A DNA stretch of 64,000 bases from Bigelowiella natans CCMP2755 (lineage: Eukaryota; Protista; Cercozoa). The DNA is taken from positions 1-64,000 of the forward strand of contig ADNK01002454.1 of the NCBI GenBank assembly GCA_000320545.1, read 5' to 3'. The notes under the pieces were generated by a model, which was not told the origin of the DNA, did not search any database, and worked only from the letters and a program-made list of their open reading frames with translations. This document shows positions 1-13,045 of the stretch, one piece after another (position 1 is the stretch's first letter; each line of letters begins with the position of its first letter). The position numbers and the translations under genes are program-made.

Positions 1-160
1 TTCATTCCAAAAGAGTTTTAGACTACACTCCTTCGCTAGCATCACCATCATCCCTTTGTCATCATCGCTTATCGTCATATTCCATCATTTCATCACACAT
101 ATCTGTTTGTGTATAGCTCGTGTAGCATGCATCATCAGCAGCAACAACAACAACAACAAC

Positions 161-418
161 GTCATTGCAATCTGGCTTTTTATAGCATTTCCATTGCTGT
201 TCTTTGGAACTCTATTTGGCAAAAACATGACGGAAGAGCTCGACTTTCCTTGCCGTCCTGCGAGATATCGCCGCCCCATCCCTACAAAGCAATGGTGAGC
301 GAACGTTAACAACCTCCCTGCGATTATTGCGTGATGTGACTCTCTTTTGCTGGGAGGATCACCTTGAGATATCCTTTCGTGTGTATGCGTGTGTGTGTGT
401 TTGTGTGTGTGTGTGTGC

Positions 419-460
<42 letters not shown>

Positions 461-566
461 AAGCAATGCTGGCAATGTGTTGATTTTGTTAATGGATGAT
501 GAAGATCAAAGCTGGTGCACTCAAGCAACACTCACAAACATGCACTATTAATAGATGTAGTTGGTA

Positions 567-600
<34 letters not shown>

Positions 601-1626
601 ATATATGTAGGTTCACCCACCCTATCACGCTAGCTGTCGCCGGTGGTGTCTTGCCTTTTGGATCGATATTCATTGAGATGTACTACGCATTCACGTCCTT
701 CTGGAACTACAAGTTCTACTATGTTTATGGCTTCCTCTTCTTGGTACTACCAGCAGTAACCATGTGGACGATGATGCTGCTGATGATGATGATAATAGTT
801 GTGTGTGCACTTGGTGCTATTGATGCACACCCACATTTTACAAATGCGTCAGCACGAGCATCGTCAACGACGTCAAATTGAAGAAACATCCAGTCTTATC
901 ATGTTCCTTGATTCTCTGTTTTATAGTGCGTAATCGATCCTTGAACATTGTTGTAATTGTTGTTTTAGGTCTATTGCATATTGATTGTGGTGACAATGTG
1001 CGTGACTATCGTATGCATCTACTTCCTGCTCAATTCTGAGGACTATCGATGGCAATGGACGGCTTTTATTGCTGGTAAAAATCATGATCGATCGTGTTAA
1101 AGTTTTACCGTTATCACTAGTATGGATTTAAGATTTGAGTGATAGAGCATGAGAACAAATAGATTGACACACTATGTACTGATGTAATAATTGTCGGCTT
1201 CTTCTACTCTCTCCCTTTCTCTCTCTCTCTCCCTCTCTCTTTCTCTCTCTCTTCCTCTCATAGGCGGTTCCACGTCCGGATATGTGTTTTTGTACGCCGT
1301 GTACTTCTTCTTCAACAAGACGCACATGTATGGGCTGATGCAAACCGCCTTCTATTTCGGATATACCTCAATCTTCTGCTTCTACCTCTTCCTCCTTACA
1401 GGTTATATTCAAAATCTTCACCCTGCACTCGTTATAATTTACTATCTCCGTTGTTTCTTTGCATGATAGCGGGTTTTGAATTTCCTAACGTATTTTGAGT
1501 TTTTGAGTAGATCCAACACTTGCATGATGGGTTGTGCTCGTTTTGCTGTTATTTGTAGGAACAATTGCTTACATCGGCACAAGTATCTTCGTTCATAGAA
1601 TTTATTATTACATTAAGAGCGACTGA
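161..1626 (+). CDS. TM9SF3: Transmembrane 9 superfamily (nonaspanin/EMP70) protein, TM9SF3-like; 3' exons only (5' part upstream of window)
   Basis: Exons ~161-294, 611-743, 969-1074, 1264-1401 and 1559-1626 splice in frame to [103 protein letters not shown]. These are hallmark TM9SF motifs with the C-terminal KxD. Subfamily assignment is by motif recall. Confidence 0.93.
379..458. repeat. (TG)n microsatellite, intronic
   Basis: Direct reading. Confidence 0.95.
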
Positions 1627-1739
1627 TGATGATAATGTCGTCGTGGAGGAGGAGGAAGGGAGATCATAATGATTTGACTACTCGATTATGATGAATCCAC
1701 TCACGACAAGTTGATATTAATTCATCATCTTGAAAAGAC

Positions 1740-2210
1740 ATTTAATCCATCGCACTCCGTTGATCGTGTGTAGTAAACGCGAGGACGCCACATGATAGCA
1801 TGCATCGCAACAATCAAGCTTATATCAATTCGCGCTCTGATGCAACAATGTGCGTGGAACATGCACTGCGCCACATGCAGCATGCGATTCTACATGTTTT
1901 ATAATACGGATGTAATGAATTGATTAAATATTTCTTATCCAATGGTCATCCTGGCGTAGCTGTACGTGCATAGCTGCAGTTACATGTTGTATTACTCATC
2001 ATAAAGTTTGATCGGTTGCTAGCTAAATGCCAAATTGTCAGGCCTCAACCGCGAAAATGCAAACCGCCTTTATGTGTAATGAATGATGTTATATTGTACG
2101 CCGCAAAATCGTTATGCTTCTGCTCGTTCGCGTGGACGTGCGCTATGCTAGTATGTAGTACTGCATGCGCATTCGCAGCTAGTTGTGCAAGCAACCCGCA
2201 AGTATGATTG
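1740..2210. repeat. TGCA/GCATGC/GCTAG-rich spacer between convergent TM9SF and typA (weakest of four)
   Basis: Dense gcatgc, tgca, cgcg, gtac and gctag words, e.g. gatagcatgcatcgc, tgcagcatgcg, ttgctagcta, ctgcatgcgc. Confidence 0.6.
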
Positions 2211-2362
2211 AATATATCAATTTTTATTCAGACAGATTACAACGCACTCCGTACAAAGGAAACGACGCGACACATGCAGCTGAAGATCGACAAAGGTACA
2301 CAGGTGCTCGATTAGTCGGTGCATATCTTAAAGATGGCTCAAGATATATATCTTCAAAGACC

Positions 2363-3863
2363 TCATCTATTCTTCGCATTCTTTGCGTCTCTCGCCCGTC
2401 TTTTTCTCTGTCGTGAAAGGGCGGAAAATGGTACATCGGTAAGAGTCTTATTCACTCCACCAGTTGTGGTAAACATTGTGGGTTGAATACATAGCGAGCG
2501 CTGAATATGCTAAGTATAGTGTTCAATCAATACAGCTATAACGCACTGTACACGTCATAAGAATGATATCCTCTATTTCACCGAATACTTAAAAAGGAGT
2601 GGAAGGTGTATGAGCACGCTTCTTACATGTAGCAGTAGTACCTCTTTTGCGTCATGCATTTTTCTTATGCTGACTCGTTTGGGCGTGATCTCGATGAGCT
2701 CATCGTCCCTCACATATGTTATACATTGCTTTCGAGAAGCAACAAAAATATGTGTCAGCTATTAAAATTTTAGTATAAAAATCCCTTCTATATAACCAAT
2801 TTAATAAAAAAAATCTCTCTTTCACAAAAACTCATGTTTTTGGAGGCTAATGCCTTTTTTTTTGCAAAAATTTGAATATCTTAATCTTTTCTAATTTATA
2901 TTATTCTTAGTTACTCAGGTTCAGAAACAGATAATGATGTATTAATTAATCTGTTTTTATTTGCGGTTTGCAATGTAATAATAAATGATGAAGAAATTTA
3001 CAATAATACTTGGCAATCGTATATTTCTGCACACCAGATTGCGCAGAGTTCTTCTGATAAACTACCATTGCCTCTACTTCTGGTAGTACCTCAATGGACA
3101 TGCGGACTGGAGGAGCAAGCTTCACTTTATCGTCCTTACCTGCTGCCCTGATATTCGAGATATATACTTCAATGACGTGCTTATTACATCCACACATTCA
3201 GCATTTATTGCATTTCGGTTTAGTCGAGAAATCGAGTTAAATACAGTAACAATAGCCGTGCAAATTCTGATATAATCTGCCGCTGCTGCCACTACCTGAC
3301 ATTTGTGAGCTCTTTTTCTTTGCAAGCATTCACATCTAGATCGGATCCCCTAGCGCTGGTGAAGCAGGTTATTTCATGTGTGTGAGAGGAAGAGGCTAAG
3401 CAAGAGATCTGCATGTCTATAGTTTATAGAGCAGCTCCGACGAATAACAACACAATTCCTTAATTCCTCGCCTCTCTTTCATAATTCCTCGCCTCTCTTT
3501 CATTAGAATCAACGGTACCTTTCGCCTATCACCATTCCCGGGTATACCTAGTGACCACAAAAAATGATGATGAGGATGATGGTGAAGGTGGGGGTAATGA
3601 TGATAAGATTAATCGTGTTGGTAGAATTCATAGTTGATGAGAAAAAAGGCAAAAAGTTATTTATGCAAGTTTTTCCGTTTAATATGAAGCTTTTCTCTAC
3701 ACTATAAATTATCATATGAAGCTAATACTGTTTTCAGGCAATTTCAGGCTACAGAGGGTATTTGATTTCTATTATTGTCTTTTCTTCTATGATCTCAAAT
3801 CTTACTATTATTATCATCACTGCTATTACTATCATATCTACATTATTACTACTTCTACTACTG

Positions 3864-3894
<31 letters not shown>

Positions 3895-4692
3895 AAGTTC
3901 TCCCGGTTCAATGAATAGGCGCCCTCTCGACTACACAACAAAACGAATAAGTATTAATCATTAATAGCTGGCGATAAGAGCGAAGGGGAATCTGCTCGTA
4001 AAGAGGAGCCTAGTGGAGGCGATGGTTGGAGGAGAGAATACGAGGTGAGGTGGCAAATGGATTATTGCACTCTTTGATGTTTGTTAACAACGCTCTCTGT
4101 CAATTTTGAATCTTGAAGGATTCCCTTGACAGTTTGAGTACACTTGGTGTACGTACCATTGCCATTAATCGTGTTAATTATGATACCTCAAGAGGCCCCA
4201 AAGCGTGAGCTGTAGCCTTGCCACTTTCGAGAGATATCAACGCACCCTTTTCCACGCACAAAGGGGGGCGGGCAAGATATCTGGTCAGTATTCTATTCAT
4301 TGGCAAAGCCATATCGTACAATTTGTCCTCCTCCAAAAAAGGCTACTAAAACGCACTGCCATACACAGTCTGATTTCCCACAAAATCACGGTTATGCATT
4401 CACGATCATCGTTTATGCTCTACACGTAGCATCGGCTACCTTTTCGTTTCTATCGATAGCACCTTTATACGGGATATACCCATCAAACATAGAATGGATG
4501 ATGCCATCCCCTCTTGTGTCCTAGTGCAGCATCAGGTCGAGAATAAGCGGTTGAAAAAGTCAAAGATAGTTCAGTAGTAGTAGTAGTAGTAGTTGTTGTT
4601 GTTGTAGTAGAAGTCGTATTATATTTAGAAATGAAGCAGATAAACACAGCGTTGACTCACAATGGTGACAGTGCTATAATACACATATATTT

Positions 4693-4732
<40 letters not shown>

Positions 4733-6375
4733 ATAAATATCCAGCTTTTGCAGCAACAAAAACAACACCGATTACGTTTGTTGAAGAGACAGCGACGAAA
4801 GATAGCAATACCTGTGTAAACTCTGCTCGATACCCCAAAAGAGCCCTGAACGGAATCTAGGAGTTTTTGACAAACCATTAGTTTTTGAGGCGACGAAATT
4901 GCGAGGTGGGGAACGCGTTAGCCGCCAGTGCTAATGCAGTGAAACTCAGTAACACAATACTATCATGAAACCTTGAAGACTAGCTTGCTCCTAGCGTCGG
5001 TTTGGTCATAAGAAACCTGATGTGATTAATTGAGGCAGCACAACCATTGCCGTCCGTCAACTCATATTTCACCGATCTCGCAGATTCATATTGGCGTTGT
5101 TGTAGAGAAGAATTCTGACAAAGCCACTTCCTGTGTGTGGGTTCGTCTCATACCAAGTCCGCTTTACGTTTTGCCATCTTCTCAATCACCTTTGTTCCAT
5201 GATAATTAACGCAGGTAAACAGGACGAATGTAGTGAGTATTGGTAGCTAGCAGCAATTCGCTAGCAGCAAAACCAAATTTAAAAACAAACCCAATTCATT
5301 GAGTGCTATTGCTACGGATTATATCTATTATTCCTTTCTTATTTACGTGTGTGTTGTCAAATTATCGTCGTCATCATCATCATCATCATCATTATCATCA
5401 TCATCATCATTTATTGAGTTCCTAAGTGCACCTGCCCTGCATGATCGTTGTGGCAATCAATGACCAGCTCTTCCACAGGCTCGAGCATAGATTCAGGGTT
5501 ATTTTCATCCTGCACAACATCAACCCACAATCACCATCGTATTTTGCGCTAAAATCAGCACAACGGCAGTGACTGGCATGCCGCATATATGTCTACACTC
5601 CTTTTCATCTTTTACTTGCTTTAAAACTGCTTGTGGGGAGGAACATGCGAGCTCAAAGCCCTGAGGAGAGTAAATCACAAAAGAGGAGGACATGTCAAGG
5701 TCAAATCTATTAGAATTGAACGACAGAATACGCAACATATACATATATTTGTCATCCTCATCATCATCATCATCATCATCGTCATCGTCATCATCATCAT
5801 CATCATCGTCATCGTCATCATCATCATCGTCATCGTCACCATCGTAATCATCCTCATCATTATGCCGCAACGATCACAACCCAGTAGCTAAATTAGACAG
5901 GAGAGGCCATGAGTACTGACCTCTCTTCGCATTTGCTCGAGAAGAATGCCTAACTGAAGCTCTCCTCTTCCGTGTAGCTGCACCTGATTCGAGGAGAATT
6001 AACAGTAGAGACGATTACTGGAAGGGACAACAAGAGCAGCCGCAGCAACAACAACTACGACAACAATAGTACTCGCTGCTACTACTACTACTACTACTTT
6101 CACACGCATTATATTTATATCATATGAATATATCTCATACATCTTCCCAAACCTGTTCTGAGCCAATCTTGGTCAAAGTAAGTGAGACATTGGTTTCAAT
6201 CTCCGCCTGAGAATAGGATCGCAATGAAGAATATAGATACATATACCACAAGCTGTCAATAGGGTCGCAATGAAGAATATAGATACATATATCACAAGCA
6301 TATAGCGTTTGGAATTGAGTGCTCAAGCGCGTATTCCACAGAGAACCTCATAGTACTTCTATGAGTTTCTGTCGT

Positions 6376-6416
<41 letters not shown>

Positions 6417-6432
6417 TATATATACGGAGAGT

Positions 6433-6489
<57 letters not shown>

Positions 6490-7496
6490 GCAGCAGCTCT
6501 TTGTTTATTAAGTTGGTGGCAAATAGATGGAGATTGAATAATTACTACAACTACTACTACTACTTGCACCACTACCTCAAGTCTCTCCATGATGATAGGA
6601 AATGTGCATTTATCACCGTCCTAAGTAGGTACACATTACATCCATAACAAGCAGCTATGAACAACTAATGTACTCATGCTCAAAGGAGGAGACGGTTGAT
6701 GAAACTACGGCTGCAATATGTGGATCATCATGAAACTGGATCTCTTTCAAAAAATAAATAGTTTTGCTAAAAAACCACCGTTGCTGCTATGGTGTGTAAA
6801 TATTAAGTATTATTTCTTCTACATCGTACCATTCCGCTCAGTGGCGAAGCGCTGTTTGATGTGACGATGATTGACAACACTGGTGGATCAATCGGCACGC
6901 ATTGCACAGCCTCTTTCACCTGTTGTTTAATTCAAGAACGAGAAAACACAACGATAAACCACACCGAGTAAATAGCCGAAACAAAAAGCTGTGACGGATA
7001 ATAAAGAGATAGATGTTCTGGCGTTGTTTCAGACTCATTTCGATCTTTCATATTCCAATTTATTTATGATATTTTTGTCACTATTCAGTGTTATACGGAT
7101 ATCTTACCGACGTAGTCGCAAGAGTGTCATTAACACCTAATTTGGATGGAAGATGATGATGTAAAAAACACGAAGAACTTCCACACCTACTCCAAGGTAG
7201 TAACATAATGTCAATAATTGCTTTTGCCAATTTGCCATCTCTTCTTGTCTATCGTTCCGGATTAATATGCATAGCAAAGAGCTCTTCCACTAGCCTCTCC
7301 TACCCCTTCTTTTGACATCAACACTCTGCAGCACCAAGTACCCGTATATCGTACCTGCCCGGGGGAAACCAGCAATAGCCACTACATCCCCGGATGATGC
7401 TCTTTCTATGTCCGTCTGTATGGAAGAGACAACAACGCACAAAAGACCATATCCATGCTTCATAGCAATAGGCTGAGGTGATATTGCTGTGCAGCT

Positions 7497-7527
<31 letters not shown>

Positions 7528-8577
7528 TACTACTTCTACTACTACTGCTGGTACTCCTTAGCCTAAGTGCAATATACCTGCACGATTCCTTGCCATTGGG
7601 ATATCTTCGTTACTTTCGCATCTTCCGATATGCTGTTTCCTGAGGAATATGGATGGTAAAAGGGATGAAGAGGGGGGGGGTTGTAAGGATGATAAATTAG
7701 CAGCAAAGAAATGAACGAAGATCAACACAAATCATATGCACCCGCTCTCTTATGTTCCTGATTTTTACATTTTTACAGTTTTAATGTAAGGCATTTGAGC
7801 ACATGAGCAACGTTACAGTGTACCAAATACTATTAATCCCCCTATAATCCAATATTATCATCAATATGGATCGATCAAAGATGTGTTGGAGAAAGTGTGG
7901 AGGGATGATTCACCGTCAGGGCTGATGAAATGGCAAAGGTCTCCTACAGATACGCTTCCTTGATGAGTGGTAGCGGTAGCAGTAGCAGTGAAGAAACGAT
8001 AGAAATAAGAAACGATGGTGATAAGAACAACAATGATCTTTCATATCAGCTGCTACTACCTGTTTGAATTCTTCCAATTAACTCTTTCCCCAGGAACGAA
8101 TTAGCCTTTTCATGTACGGCAAGACAATTATGTGTGCTCGGCTCTTATATTTATGTGCGGCTGCTTGCTATTCCTGGGAGATTGCTGAGAGCCACTGTAC
8201 CATCGATATTATCATTATCATCGTTATCCTTCATTGCATGCTTATATGTACCTGTGTTTGAGTAACTAGCATTGAGAAAGGGGTCACGTCGTCAACCTAG
8301 GTTGCAAGACGCAATTAAATGCTGTAAAGAATCGCTTTAGTGGCGTTTATTTCTATTTATAAGATTCAAGGCGAGTGAGACTTTTATATTTAGAATTTTA
8401 ATAGGAGGGGGAGGAGAGTTGAAGAAGGCTGCGAAGCATCATTCCTCTAACAAAAAGCCTTTCCGTAACAAATTTGAAACATGCAATATGGATTCGAGAC
8501 CTTAAATATTTTCATTATAAAATTTGTTAATTAAACAAATGAAATCTCCAGTCTTCTCTAGTACTACACTACTACTG

Positions 8578-8608
<31 letters not shown>

Positions 8609-9160
8609 CATGGGGGGAGGGACATGGTTAAGAATCGTGTCAAATAAGGGCCTCATATCGCAATCATCAGTCTCTACAGATCCCTCTTTACCAAAAAATA
8701 CAATATGAAGTCATTACGGAGAACATTTATGAAAACTAAATGCGAAATTCATCAACACACGCCGATAAACGTCCAATACACACTAAGATGAGCACGAGAA
8801 AGTAGAGGGCATGGGCGCAAGATAGCATTGCAGTACTAAGATGGAGAGAACACATACTACTACACACATGACTAATACCAGGTTCCTCCAACGTCGCCCA
8901 CCCCATCTTAGCAGATGCGTACACAATGGGGAAATCAAGCTGTGGGGGGTAGTAGTAGTAGTAAACACGGAAAGAAGGAAGAGGAAGAGGAGGAGGAGGA
9001 GAGAGCAGTATTGAGCATAAAGCCCAGAGCATATGATAAATAATAAGACAAAATGTAAATATGTTTCCTTGCGGCAGATGACAGCTGTGATGAGGAAATG
9101 CCAAAGAAATGCCTCTCCCATACCCCCCCCCCCCCTTGATAATAAAATACCGGCAAATGT

Positions 9161-9195
<35 letters not shown>

Positions 9196-10025
9196 TAATG
9201 AGCACGGCGCAGCACACCTGCTCATCGTTGGCACCGACGGCATCAAACATATCAAATACCTCATTCTCAACCTATGTGTATTATATAACAATGGCGAGGA
9301 TTATGTACATTATCATTCAAGTTATCAAAAACCAATGTCATATGTTAATAATACGACGATAAATAAATACAAGAAGAATATAAATAGCCCTCATTTTACC
9401 CACATCCCTCTCTTATCACCACTGCCATATGACGATGATAATTATTATTATGGTCAGCGTGGTCGTGAGCTATTTCAGTGTCTAATCTCTACCTCTCCAA
9501 GTCTTGCAGTCTCTCTATCACATTTGTTAATAACTACGATAGGCCTCAAGCCCTGTGCTAGAGCCTTCATCAGTACAAACTTCGTCTACATCCAAGTTAT
9601 ATCAATCAGCAGTGAAAATAAAGGTGCGCGTGAGCAGCTACTGGCGAGGCGCAAAGAGAATAAGAGAGGTATAAACACAACAAATGCATGAGATATGGAT
9701 TTGAGTGAACATATTCTATTTGAAAAGCTATATCCAACAACCTGAGACATGGGGCCTTCTGTAGCATCTACAACCAAGCATACACCATCCACCTATAAAG
9801 AGTAGTAGTAATAGTAGTAGGAATAATAGTATTAAAATCGATTCAGCTCACACGTGGAGCGTTGTGAGTAACTGCATCATCAAAGTTTATCGTTGTTGAT
9901 ATAAGATATGTCAAACAAAATTCTGTTTCCACACATTAGTAACGACTAGTATAGTACTGATAGAAGGAGGGCATATTCTATAATAATTTCATCTTTGGAA
10001 ATTATCGTTCCATCACCACTATCTG

Positions 10026-10060
<35 letters not shown>

Positions 10061-10589
10061 CCATTATTTTCAAGAGGCTACTAAAAAGACACGCACTCAC
10101 CATATTCATGATTCTTTCCACCTCGCCGCCAAAGTCAGCATGGCCAGGGGTATCGATAAGATTCACTCGCACAGAAGAGGAAGAGGAGGAGGAGGAGGAA
10201 GAGGACACCTCTGTCTCCTTTGAATCTACATGGTGTGTTACGTATGGTGCCAAAATACTTCACACATGATAAAGCGATGAAAGAAGAATATTGCAAAAGC
10301 TGGATTTCAGCTTGTTTGTAAGTACCAATGAAAGTATACACAGAAGAACACTAGTAAACAGTTTGAATCGCTTATCAAAAGCAGGAAAAAATGTACTACT
10401 AGTCGAAGTAAGTAGCAATACATGCATCATGGCCGTATATGTATGGTTAAGAGAATCTAATGACAATCGGCAAGAATAGTTTATTATATCCAATTACCAA
10501 GCAATATCGATGCACACTTTGACAGAATCGTGATTCCTCTCTGGTAAATACAGCCAGTAAAACATACAACGCCCGATCAAACAATCTAA

Positions 10590-10649
<60 letters not shown>

Positions 10650-10949
10650 GCATATAAGCACGCACAACTTCCGTCGCAAGTGTCGTTTTCAACTTAGCAA
10701 GAAGAGTTATTCTAATGTTTGTTTGACTGGTTCCAACAACAAAATATCCTTGATGGAAATGAGCCACGTAGTAGTATGATTAGTTATAGTACCTCCTGCT
10801 CCAGCTTATTGGAATCCATAACCCGAGATCCCATGTCCAGATCTGCAAGGCCACTCTAAAGGAGAATTCAACAACCATAAAGAGACAAACAACAGCTTAA
10901 GAAGACAGCCTAACTCTTTGAAAGAGCCTGTTATCTTCACAGTCAAATC

Positions 10950-10998
<49 letters not shown>

Positions 10999-11482
10999 AT
11001 ACTTACACACACACACACAAGCGCGCGCGCGCGTGCGCACACGAGTACCTGGCTCTGCTTCAGCATACAATCAACGAGAGATGTCTTGCCATGGTCAACA
11101 TGAGCTATGATTGCAACGTTTCGAAGATTCTCTCGTGTCCTTAAGCTGCTCGAGAGAGAGCGAGCAAAGGTTTCCCTCTAAAAGAAGAGAAATGTGTTAC
11201 TGGTACTCTTTGCACCGTGGTACTTAGTTCGGACAAAGCGCTCACACTTGCCGTACCTTTCGTACATCCATACGCTGTCGTAACATGGTGCTCGCGCGCC
11301 ATCCTCGGTTCAAGTGAGCGAGAAACATACGCTCCTCTTTCTTCTTCCTTTTCTTCTCCTTTTTCCACAACGTTGGAGGTGCTGCGTGCGTATGGGGCCA
11401 GACGACGTGTTCTGCGGCAGTGGTAGGTCAAAAGTCGGAGAGTTGTTGCAAGACTACTGGTAGCCTGCTTTAGTTTGGCCAT
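2363..11482 (-). CDS. typA: TypA/BipA translational GTPase, probably mitochondrion-targeted; ~33 exons
   Basis: Spliced motifs: [14 protein letters not shown] (11050-11140), [32 protein letters not shown] (~10100-10170), [53 protein letters not shown] (5921-5983), [62 protein letters not shown], then [14 protein letters not shown] (stop 2363-2365). The N-terminus [34 protein letters not shown] is basic, S/T-rich and free of acidic residues. Confidence 0.93.
5750..5862. repeat. (CAT/CGT)n microsatellite, intronic
   Basis: Direct reading. It generates spurious poly-D/I/M ORFs. Confidence 0.95.
6378..6485. repeat. Compound (TA)n-(GA)n microsatellite, intronic
   Basis: Direct reading. A similar compound array lies at 18935-19015. 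Confidence 0.95.
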
Positions 11483-12082
11483 GTGATTTGCGACATGGTT
11501 ATGCCTTGTCGCTATCCCACAAACGCCACCCTTTTCAATAGCTATTGGAATTGTAAGCATTCAACATTTTAGAAGAAAAGGGATCCGTTCGTATTGGTAC
11601 GACATACTAATAACTGATTCCAAGCACTTCTACGCTCGATAAATTACCCGTAGCAAATCTAGTGCGCACGAATAAATTAAATTTGAAAAAAAATAAAAGA
11701 TCGCAGATTATTCTCCTGGATTTCCTTCGTCGTTTAAGTGATACGTATCCGAAGTAACTCCGTAACTCCCAGGTTACGAATGCATTACACATGTGTGTAG
11801 CATACTGAGGATCAATTAAAACGGTTGATGAGTCCATTCAACCGGCCCTTCACATCCTGAAATTTTATTCAACTTCTTGATCGAGATCTAGATCACTCAT
11901 CATTGTGCGCATTGGTCATTGAGATGATGGGCCCGTGAACAGCCCATTCAATGCCTTCCCTCTCATCCAGCAACGCTCTTTTGGCTTGAGTCGAACCTAA
12001 TACAATTTGAAAGTAATTTTTTAATATCTCCCCATTGACACGAGCTTTGGCAAACATAAGATCAGAGTAATTATTGCTCCTG
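11483..12082. promoter_or_regulatory. Putative bidirectional promoter typA / polycystin-like
   Basis: 600 bp between divergent ATGs. Inverted GCGACA-N11-TGTCGC at 11490-11512. Confidence 0.6.
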
Positions 12083-13006
12083 ATGAGATATCTAATCCTG
12101 CCCGTCGCTCTATGCGTTATCTGGGGAACAAGGGCCTCTACTGCACCTATGCATAAGATGTGTTTTACATCGTGCGAACTGAGAGACATGGGAGTCGGCA
12201 ACATGACTATCAGCCTTCACGATGGTACTTCATGCAAACGTGGAGAAGGTCTCGTTTTCGAAGAGAGCTCCGCCTCGCTAGATCAGTTGGGGTTTCTTCT
12301 CGGGCCGCCATTCACCATCTCTGTACGGTTCGTCTCTAAGGAAATCAAATCCCGGACAAGAATCTTCGATTTTTCCAACGGAGGAGGAAAACACAATATA
12401 TTTTTGGCTAATACTGAGAAAAGCTCGCAAATGCTACTCGGCGTGGTCAACTCAAACTCCTTTACGAGAGTGAAGACAGGCCTTCCTCTCGTACAAAACG
12501 GATGGTCCTATCACTTAATATTCACTTGTGACAGTGATTCTTATTGCAGCCTATATCTCAACGGATTGAAAAAGTACAATGGTACGATTCAAATTGCCAA
12601 AGTGGCGAGGAGTCTGTTGTATCTTGGCAAGAGTCCACACGGAGATCCCCAACTTAACGGTGCCATTAGAGAGATAGCGTTCTGGGACAAAGGCATCAAT
12701 GCTACACTTGCATCACAACTATCCAGTGCAAGAGGATGCTACAAGAGGAAGTAAGTACAGTAATTTTGCTCATCTAGACAGCTTAACGTACGTATCTTAA
12801 ACTGAGCGGCTGCTGTTTTGCTGTGATCTAAAGACAAGTATTACGATCTTCTACCGGGACATTTGACCATGTGTTTTGGAAGTCACAGAACAGTAGGAGC
12901 GCCAATGCAATCCTGGTATCAGCATGATATATATTTTTTTATTTTCATATATTTTATTTCCTAATCATTACTTGATATAATTACTTAACATAATTACTCC
13001 ACCATC

Positions 13007-13045
<39 letters not shown>

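Noticed and set aside
2224-3325. ORFs 2224..2436, 2946..3197 and 3122..3325 as a separate gene or TE relic
   Set aside because: They are explained by the last exons of typA read through introns or in other frames.
5040-5075. Possible non-canonical typA exon ([10 protein letters not shown])
   Set aside because: A canonical AG/GT exon at ~4972-5016 ([15 protein letters not shown]) joins its neighbours in frame and fits TypA better.
5520-5891. Poly-D/poly-I/poly-M and similar YIYI, SLSL, HTHT ORFs throughout the ORF track
   Set aside because: Translations of intronic microsatellites. Only small parts coincide with real exons.
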